A DNA stretch of 61,256 bases, filler included, from a bacterium (GTDB lineage: Bacteria; J088; JAWLBW01): the NCBI GenBank assembly GCA_041690355.1. It is 4 parts of 4 records of this genome, joined end to end, with 100 filler letters (N's around TTAATTAATTAA, not from the genome) between each part and the next. Parts side by side here need not be neighbours in the genome. Positions count along the whole stretch, not along the records: positions 13,157 to 42,309 come from JAWLHK010000002.1; positions 42,410 to 49,782 come from JAWLHK010000008.1; 2 more parts are not named here. The stretch is one strand, 5' to 3'. Below are positions 39,284 through 46,173 of this stretch, piece after piece. A program made the translations under genes and the position numbers. How positions within the stretch are numbered: position 1 is the stretch's first letter; every line of letters begins with the position of its first letter. The notes below the pieces were generated by a model, which saw nothing but the letters and a program-made list of their open reading frames with translations, was not told the origin of the DNA and searched no databases.

Positions 39284-39988
39284 ATGGTTGCCGTTGTTCT
39301 GATTCTACTCGTTGGGGCGTCGCCGACCGGCGTGCCCGAAACTAGAAATCTGATATGGGCTAGACCAGGCGAAGCCTTAATCACCTGGTTTGATGCTAAG
39401 TCTGCATGCGAGGCGTTGTCGAGCGACAAGAAATGGAGGTTGCCAAGTCGCAGGGAGCTCTCCACCCTGATTGCTGACCATGGTATTCCAGAATTCATCA
39501 AGCCTACAATAAACAAGGGCTTTCGATTCTGGACAAGCGATACATATGCCGAGCCGTGGGTTAATGGGGAGAAGGCGGGGGCAGCGTGGCTAGTAAACTT
39601 TCAAGATGGAGGGACTGGGGTAAACCGTAAGCGGGTCCCAAGCGCAAGACATATTTGCGTTTCCGGAGTGTACGAACCTCTAATCCAAGCTACTTGGAAC
39701 GTGCGACGTGAGTATGTTAGTTGGGAAAAAGCTTCTCAATTGTGTTCAACTCATGGTGGCAGGCTAGCAACAATAGAGGAGCTCAGAGCCGTAGTTGACA
39801 CAAGTAAGATTAGCCCTGCGGCTATTGACTCGGTTCCGGTAAGTCCTGCGTGGTATTGGAGCGGTACTACGACGACCGTAACTAACAGCAGCTGCTCTCA
39901 CTCCTGTGTTCGAGCTGTTGAATTTTCCAAGGGGTTTGAGGGTCTGCGTTCTGCCAACTCCTTGGCATACCCGCTTTGTGTTAACTAG
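39284..39988 (+). CDS. Putative immunity protein with two DUF1566 (Lcl C-terminal)-like domains
   Basis: AGGAGG RBS; signal peptide; W.DA...C....WRLPS..EL, FWTS, AWLVNF, then a second copy; lower GC. Confidence 0.7.
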   Translation: MVAVVLILLVGASPTGVPETRNLIWARPGEALITWFDAKSACEALSSDKKWRLPSRRELSTLIADHGIPEFIKPTINKGFRFWTSDTYAEPWVNGEKAGAAWLVNFQDGGTGVNRKRVPSARHICVSGVYEPLIQATWNVRREYVSWEKASQLCSTHGGRLATIEELRAVVDTSKISPAAIDSVPVSPAWYWSGTTTTVTNSSCSHSCVRAVEFSKGFEGLRSANSLAYPLCVN

Positions 39989-41642
39989 CCACTTTCTGCG
40001 CTCCGAAGGCGTGCGTCCGAGCGCGGCGCTCGCCCGCGTGCTCGACGAGCCGGGTGTGGTCGAGCGCATCCTGCGCCTGGGCGACGCCATGGCCCCGACC
40101 TGGGGGACGACGGCCGACGACGACACGAGCCTCTTTGCAACCTTCGAAGCGTCGGTCTATGATACGAGCGTGAAGGGGAGCTACACCTACGACGACGCCG
40201 GCAACGCGACCGCGATCACCCGCGACATGGTCACGCGGGAGTACGCCTACGGGGCGGATAACCGCCTGCGCGGCGCGGGCACGGCCACGTACGCCTTCGA
40301 TCACCTGGGACGCAGGGTGCGCGCCGAGTCGCGCAGCACGTTCTCCTACCCGGGCGTGGGCTCGCTCGATTCACTGCTCGTGGATCACTTCTCCTACGGT
40401 CCGGGCGGCGAGATGCTGAGCTGGGTCCGCAAGAACACGGCCCTCGGCGCCATCGGCGAAGAGGAAACCGCAGAAGAATACGTCTATCTGCACGGGCAGC
40501 CGCTCGCGAAGATTGTGACGAAGGTCCTGCGCGCCCAGACGGGCGACGGCGGAGGCGGAGGCGGCGGATGCTGCTGCGCGGCAACCGCAATTGCCTACAA
40601 CGGCCAGACCCAATGCGACCTCGCTTCTCACCAGGCGCTTCAGGTGCTGCGTGGGTTCCGCGGTCAGGTGCTCTCCGGGAACGACCTGGGCGAGTGGATC
40701 ATCCGGTTCTACTACCGGGATCTGTCGCCGATCGCGGTCCAGGTGTTCCGGGAGTATCCGGAATTGCGGGAAGCCATGAATTACGCCTTGCGCGGCGCCG
40801 CCTGGATGCTCGAGTTCTGGATCACCCCGGCGCATGCGGCGCCTGTGGAGCAGCGGTCAACAGCCGTGTACTGGTACCACAACGGCATCCTCGGCGAACC
40901 GATTCTCCTCACGGACGAAAGCGGGACGATCGTCCGCCACGTGGAGCATGATCCCTTCTGGTCGGACACAGTTCCCCTCGTGAACGATGTGGACGACCGG
41001 TTCATGTTCCCCGGCCAGTTCCGGGATGACGAGTCGGGGCTCGCGTACAACTGGAACCGGTGGTACGCGGCCGATGTGGGGCGGTATGTGCAGGTAGATC
41101 CGCTAATTAGCTTTCAGCGTCGCCCACCTTTCCCGGTCCGGAATGAACTGGAGCTTGAATCTTCCTTCGGATACGCACGAGACAATCCGCTCGTAATGGT
41201 TGACACAATGGGGCTTTCGGCATGCTGTAAATCCGGATCCTGCGATTGTCCAGAAGGGAAGTGGTCCGGCTTCTTTGCTGGTGGCATGTACGTTGGTGGT
41301 GGGGTTGGTGCCGAGGTTGGCGTTGGAAGGCTGTATTGTCTATCATCGATGGCTTGGTTCGATTTCAAGTATTCATGTTTTCTGGTTGGAGGCGGCACCC
41401 GTCGTAAACCGCTTATGCTTGCTGCAGGTGCCTCGGCTGGCCCTATGTACTGCAGTGGTGCAGAATGCGTCGAGAATATTACCGGTTCTTCTCTCGGCTT
41501 CGCTATTTCAATTGCCGGTACGGGCCTAGGTGGGGTTGGGGGGGCCGCTGATTGGGGAGGTAGCGGTTGTTCATCTGCGTCCGCTGGTGTTGGCGCGGGC
41601 GGATATGCGGCGATGCGCTCCTGTACGGTTACGAAGTTCTAA
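39989..41642 (+). pseudogene. Orphan RHS fragment (YD repeats and core) with Gly/Cys-rich C-terminal toxin 2
   Basis: YTYDDAGN, YAFDHLGRRV, EYVYLHGQPLA, RHS core, YARDNPL..VDTMGL; no convincing native start. Confidence 0.85.
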
Positions 41643-42034
41643 TGGACGCAAGCACTCTGATCAAGAGGGGCGCGGCGTCTTGGATATTAGGTGTCGTTGC
41701 GGTACTGTTCGTGGAACTTTTTTTGGCGCCGTTTATCAAAGACGATTTTGCGGTTTGTGGAGGCGCAAAATATCCGGTCTTCGTCCCGCCGATTGCATAT
41801 TGGAGTGCGATGGCGTTGGTGGCAAAGCATCATGCCCGGCGCCAAACGGCTTACATGGTCGGTATTGCTCTGGGGATTCTTGTCGTTTGGTTGTGGTCTA
41901 TGTTGGGCCTATTTTCCACGAGCACGGACCTGTACTTCTGCAGCCCTCTCGTCCGTAGTATAGTCGTCTATCCTCTGATCGGTTCATTTCTGCTAGCCTT
42001 ATTAATGCGAATAAGAAGTTTTCGTATAGCATAG
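41642..42034 (+). CDS. Putative membrane immunity protein (about 4 TM)
   Basis: TAATG overlap with the toxin 2 stop; hydrophobic 130 aa; lower GC. Confidence 0.65.
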   Translation: MDASTLIKRGAASWILGVVAVLFVELFLAPFIKDDFAVCGGAKYPVFVPPIAYWSAMALVAKHHARRQTAYMVGIALGILVVWLWSMLGLFSTSTDLYFCSPLVRSIVVYPLIGSFLLALLMRIRSFRIA

Positions 42035-42171
42035 GATAAGGCCCGGTCTTTTCAGCTCCTCGGACACTAGCCGCCTACGGCCCCATTGGGGGCAAACGGG
42101 ACAATCGAAGCCCTTTCTCCACGTGCATAGGCGCAGTGGTGCGCGCGCCGGGCGGCGATGCCGCGTGCGAG

Positions 42172-42198
42172 TTTACATAACCCTTCCGGTTATGTAAA
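42172..42198. other. Perfect 11-bp inverted repeat with dif/XerD-like arms
   Basis: TTTACATAACC-CTTCC-GGTTATGTAAA. Confidence 0.5.
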
Positions 42199-42309
42199 AG
42201 TCCTGCTGCTAAGCGGCGGCGGCAATCAGCCGTAGCGCGGAGCCTTAAAACCGGTGAGGGGAACGATGTCTCCGACGCGGAGGCTGTTTGTCGGCGGAAG
42301 TGAGGGGAG

Positions 42310-42409
42310 NNNNNNNNNNNNNNNNNNNNNNNNNNNNNNNNNNNNNNNNNNNNTTAATTAATTAANNNNNNNNNNNNNNNNNNNNNNNNNNNNNNNNNNN
42401 NNNNNNNNN
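42310..42409. other. Artificial contig linker
   Basis: N44-TTAATTAATTAA-N44. Confidence 0.98.
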
Positions 42410-42495
42410 GGGGGGGGGGGGGACATGGCGCTTCGCGAATGGCAAATCCCAGATGCCCAAATGGCAAATTCTTCCGGAACGTGAACTCGTTTGTG

Positions 42496-42525
42496 CCGAC
42501 GTCCGGAGTCCGCCGTCCGGCGACC
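42496..42525. repeat. Heptamer array (approx. CCGNCGT)x4
   Basis: CCGACGT CCGGAGT CCGCCGT CCGGCGA. Confidence 0.65.
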
Positions 42526-42588
42526 AATTTGTGGCGGCCCCCGCTCCCGATTGGCTATGCTGATGGTTTCAGCAGCGGAGGTTCCCCC

Positions 42589-44148
42589 ATGGCGCTCGAC
42601 ATCTTCGTCGACGGCGAGATCATCGTTCGAAACCCGGCCAACCATGCCGAAGTCGGCCGCGTCCGGCAGGATTCCCCCGAATCCGTGCGCGCCGCCGTGC
42701 AGGCCGCCCGCAAGGCCCAGGCCGCGTGGAACGACCTGGGGTTCAAGGGGCGCGGCGCCCTGATCACGAAGGTGCGCGACCGGTTTCTGGAGCGCGCAAA
42801 GGAGATCGCCGACCTGCTGCACCGCGAAAATGGCAAGTCCCCCTACGAAGCCTATTTCTCCGAAGTCGTCCCCAACGTGGATCTGTTCGACTGGCACATC
42901 GGCAACGATGAGAAGCTGCTGGCGCCCGAGAAGGTCAAGCTGAGCCCGATCAACTATCCGGGCAAGAAGGGGGTCGTCGAGCACCTGCCCCTCGGCGTCA
43001 TCGGCCTGATCTCTCCGTGGAACTATCCGGTCAGCATCCCGCTGCGCACGATCATTCCGGCGCTCATGGCCGGCAACACGCTCGTCTTCAAGCCGAGCGA
43101 GTACGCGGCCCTCTCGGGCAAGTTCATCGTCGACCTGTTCAACGAATTCCTTCCCCAGGGGGTCCTCGTAGGCGTCCAGGGGGGCGGCGAGGTCGGCGCC
43201 GAACTGATCGCGGCCGGCATCGATCGCATCGTCTTCACCGGCAGCGTCGCCACGGGGCGCAAGGTCGGCGTCAAGGCGGCCGAGCAGCTGATTCCCGTGT
43301 CGCTCGAGCTCGGCGGCAAGGACGCCGCCATCGTCCTCGAGGACGCGGACCTGGATCGCGCCGTGAACGGCATCGTCTGGGGCGCCTTCGCGAACTCGGG
43401 CCAGAACTGCGCCTCGGTCGAACGCGTCTACGTCTTGAAGGCGGTGGCCGACGCTTTTGAAAAGCGCGTCGTCGAGAAGACGAAGCGCCTGCGCCTCACC
43501 TGCGACGACGGCTCGGGCGAAGTCGGTCCGCTCATCAACGACAAGCAGCTCGCGATTGTCGAGCGTCAGGTACAGGACGCCGTCGCCAAGGGAGCGCGTG
43601 TGCTCGCCGGCGGCAGGAAACGCGAACCCGGCTACTACTTCGAACCCACCGTGCTCGCCGGCGTGAACCACACGATGGCGGTCATGAAGGAAGAGAGCTT
43701 CGGCCCCCTGCTCCCCATTCAGGTCGTGCAGAGCGCCGAAGACGCCGTGCGGCTCGCCAACGATTCCGGCTACGGGCTCACGGCGAGCATCTGGAGCCGC
43801 AACACCACGCGCGCCAAGGATCTGGGCGAGCGGATTCACACCGGCATCGTGACCGTGAACAACCACTCGTTCACGGCCGCCATTCCCCAGGCGCCGTGGA
43901 CGGGCGTGAAGGAGACCGGCAGCGGCGTCACGAATTCCCGCTCGGCCCTGCACGAGCTGACGCGCCCGCACTTCACGCTCATCGACAGCTCGAAGGAGAA
44001 GATGGAGGTGTGGTGGTACCCCTACACGCCCACCCTCGACAAGCTGCTCGATGGCGTGCTGCAGATGGCCAAGCGCGGCGTGGGCGCCAAGCTGGGCGCC
44101 GTGCCCAAGCTGCTGCCCGTGCTGAGCAAGCGGCTCAAGGAGCAGTGA
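42589..44148 (+). CDS. Aldehyde dehydrogenase family protein
   Basis: ISPWNYP, KPSE, FTGS, LELGGKD, GQNCAS, EESFGP; GGAGG RBS. Confidence 0.95.
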   Translation: MALDIFVDGEIIVRNPANHAEVGRVRQDSPESVRAAVQAARKAQAAWNDLGFKGRGALITKVRDRFLERAKEIADLLHRENGKSPYEAYFSEVVPNVDLFDWHIGNDEKLLAPEKVKLSPINYPGKKGVVEHLPLGVIGLISPWNYPVSIPLRTIIPALMAGNTLVFKPSEYAALSGKFIVDLFNEFLPQGVLVGVQGGGEVGAELIAAGIDRIVFTGSVATGRKVGVKAAEQLIPVSLELGGKDAAIVLEDADLDRAVNGIVWGAFANSGQNCASVERVYVLKAVADAFEKRVVEKTKRLRLTCDDGSGEVGPLINDKQLAIVERQVQDAVAKGARVLAGGRKREPGYYFEPTVLAGVNHTMAVMKEESFGPLLPIQVVQSAEDAVRLANDSGYGLTASIWSRNTTRAKDLGERIHTGIVTVNNHSFTAAIPQAPWTGVKETGSGVTNSRSALHELTRPHFTLIDSSKEKMEVWWYPYTPTLDKLLDGVLQMAKRGVGAKLGAVPKLLPVLSKRLKEQ

Positions 44149-44162
44149 GGGAGGGCGGTCAT

Positions 44163-44193
44163 CTGACGTCGGACGCCGGACGCCGGACGCCGG
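44163..44193. repeat. Heptamer array (CGGACGC)n
   Basis: CTGACGT CGGACGC CGGACGC CGGACGC CGG. Confidence 0.75.
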
Positions 44194-44245
44194 CGAAAGA
44201 AAGTGCCGCTTGCCTGTGGCCCAGAAAAGGTCTATGTTCAGTCCT

Positions 44246-44506
44246 ATGAAGCTCTCCGAACGAGTCCGTTCGATCAGTTATCTGAAAGCGAACGCCGCTG
44301 ACATCCTCCATCGTCTCGGCGAGACCGGCGAAGCCCTCGTGATCACCCGGAACGGCGAGCCCAAGGCCGTGCTTCAGGATATCCGCAGCTTCGAGCAGAC
44401 CCAGGAGACGCTCGCGCTTCTCAAGATTCTTGCACTCGGGATGCGCCAGGTCGAGGCCGGTGAGACTCGTTTGGCCGCTGATGTGTTTGGTGACCTTCGC
44501 GAGTGA
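44246..44506 (+). CDS. Phd/YefM family antitoxin
   Basis: ISYLKANAA, LVITRNGEPKAVLQD, ETLALLKILALG. Confidence 0.9.
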   Translation: MKLSERVRSISYLKANAADILHRLGETGEALVITRNGEPKAVLQDIRSFEQTQETLALLKILALGMRQVEAGETRLAADVFGDLRE

Positions 44507-44519
44507 TTCTTCTCTCAAG

Positions 44520-44573
44520 GGGCGCAGGGATATGGAGGCGCTGATGCAGCGCCGGCTGCTCTCGGGGGAGTAG
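44520..44573 (+). pseudogene. C-terminal remnant of a RelE/ParE-type toxin
   Basis: Translates to GRRDMEALMQRRLLSGE*, resembling the tail of ParE-like toxins paired with this antitoxin type. Confidence 0.6.
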
Positions 44574-44581
44574 CCGGGAAG

Positions 44582-45853
44582 TCAGAACGCCGTATCCACG
44601 AACGCCGTGATGGCGTGCTCCCGGATCGGGTGGGCGGCCGTGATGTCCATGGCGTCCCAGGTTCCCTCCACGCCGAACTTCAGGTTGGTCATCCAGTACC
44701 AGGATGCGTTCAGCGTGTAGTTGTGCGCCTCGATGGGGTCGCGCGTGCTGATCACGCGGTTCCCCATGGCGGCGAAGACCCAGCGCGTCGACGCGCGCCA
44801 GGCAACCACCGCGTAACCGCCGTGCAGGATTCCCTGTGCGGAACCGCCGGGAAGCAGGGCGGGGTTCGAGTCGCGTCCGTAGAGATACTGGCCGTACAGC
44901 CGCCAGTCGCCGATGTCGGCGTCGGCATTGATCCCCGCACGCCACAGATAGTTGGTCGCGGTCTCGCCTTCGCTTCCGTAAACCCCAAGAAGTCCCACGC
45001 CGATCGGCCCCTCGGCGGCCAGGTGCATGTAGCCGACCTTGCTCGCGTCGTTGTCGAAGACCGGGTCGTTACGCCCCGGGTAGCCCGCGGGCGAGTTCTC
45101 GCCGGGGTCGAGTCCGTTGCCGTTGACCACCCCCACGTGCACGGCAACCGGGTCGGGGGCCCACTCGACGAAGGCGCCCCGCTGGTAGGTCAGGCGGAAC
45201 CCGGTCGCGCTGAGCGGAACCGTATAGATGAGATAATCCTGCCGGGTCAGGCGCAGCTCCCGCGGAGCGACGACGTCGGACAGCTGGTACTGGCCGGCCA
45301 CGATCTTGAAATCCGGAATCCCGAAGTCGTGCGCCATGATCCACGCGTCTTCGAGGCCGGCTACCTCACCCCGTTCGCTCAGCAGGAAGTACATGTAGTA
45401 AGCAACGTGATCCGAGATCGGTCCGCCGCTGAGAATCTTTACGATGATCGGATTCTGAAAATCGATTCCTTCGGGAACCTCGGGTTCCGTTCCGCCGGGA
45501 CTCGCCGCGGCCAGGAGCGCCGGGTCGTACTCCTGTATCCACCGCGGGCGGAAGCGCACGTCGCCCTGCAGCCGGATGGCGAGCGGCAGGTTGCGCATGA
45601 GCCGCAGCGTCGGTTCGCCCAGATCATAGGTCGGCCCGGTGGTGAATCCGGCGCCGAGAAGGTATCCCTGGCCGGCAAACGATTCCCCGAAGTCGTTCAG
45701 CTGCGGATAGGCCCAGTGGCACGCCTTGCAGCTGATTTCGAGCTGTCGCGCGAAGGCGGGGATCGCGCCGGCCTGACGGGGCAACGCGAGCAGGAGAAGA
45801 ACGGCGCCGGCCAGCGCCAGAGACACGATCCGGACCCTATGGCTTCGGTTCAT
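44582..45853 (-). CDS. Outer-membrane porin-like protein with an N-terminal CxxCH motif
   Basis: Signal peptide AGA|IPAFARQ, CKACH, beta-strand pattern, terminal F. Confidence 0.7.
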   Translation of the reverse strand: MNRSHRVRIVSLALAGAVLLLLALPRQAGAIPAFARQLEISCKACHWAYPQLNDFGESFAGQGYLLGAGFTTGPTYDLGEPTLRLMRNLPLAIRLQGDVRFRPRWIQEYDPALLAAASPGGTEPEVPEGIDFQNPIIVKILSGGPISDHVAYYMYFLLSERGEVAGLEDAWIMAHDFGIPDFKIVAGQYQLSDVVAPRELRLTRQDYLIYTVPLSATGFRLTYQRGAFVEWAPDPVAVHVGVVNGNGLDPGENSPAGYPGRNDPVFDNDASKVGYMHLAAEGPIGVGLLGVYGSEGETATNYLWRAGINADADIGDWRLYGQYLYGRDSNPALLPGGSAQGILHGGYAVVAWRASTRWVFAAMGNRVISTRDPIEAHNYTLNASWYWMTNLKFGVEGTWDAMDITAAHPIREHAITAFVDTAF

Positions 45854-45900
45854 TCCCCCAGTTGTAGGCGATCCGGGCGGCGATGTACAGGGGGCAGCGG

Positions 45901-46080
45901 GAGTGACGAGTTGCGAGTGACGAGTGACGAGTGACGAATGCGCGGACCCATCCCGGCTCGCACCGATCTCGTGAACCGCGCTATTTACAATTGACAATTT
46001 ACGATTGACGATTGACCCGGAAGTGCCTTGTGTAGGAGTGCCCTTGTTTCATTGGTGCTTAGTGCTTGGCGCTCGGCGCT
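45901..46080. repeat. Three different heptamer arrays in one intergenic region
   Basis: (GAGTGAC)n 45901-45935; (ATTKACN)x5 45983-46017; (YRGYGCT)x4 46053-46080. Confidence 0.75.
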
Positions 46081-46173
46081 TCACCAAGTGTCGAATCAGA
46101 CACAATTGAGGACGGGCGATTCGCCTGCCGCAGCGCTTCCTGATAGAATCGCTGAGATACACAGGGGTCCTCC

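Noticed and set aside
38546-41104. 368-bp duplication as a diversity-generating retroelement TR/VR pair
   Set aside because: Differences are mainly synonymous third-position changes rather than adenine-specific, there is no reverse transcriptase, and duplicated RHS cores explain it. The IVP gene is only distantly Avd-like.
42060-42309. Integron attC site after the immunity gene
   Set aside because: The TAAC/GTTA pair encloses only a 27-bp palindrome, too short for attC, and there is no integrase or repeated site
42410-42422. Poly-G tract as a phase-variation site
   Set aside because: It lies at a contig edge and is likely a sequencing or assembly artefact
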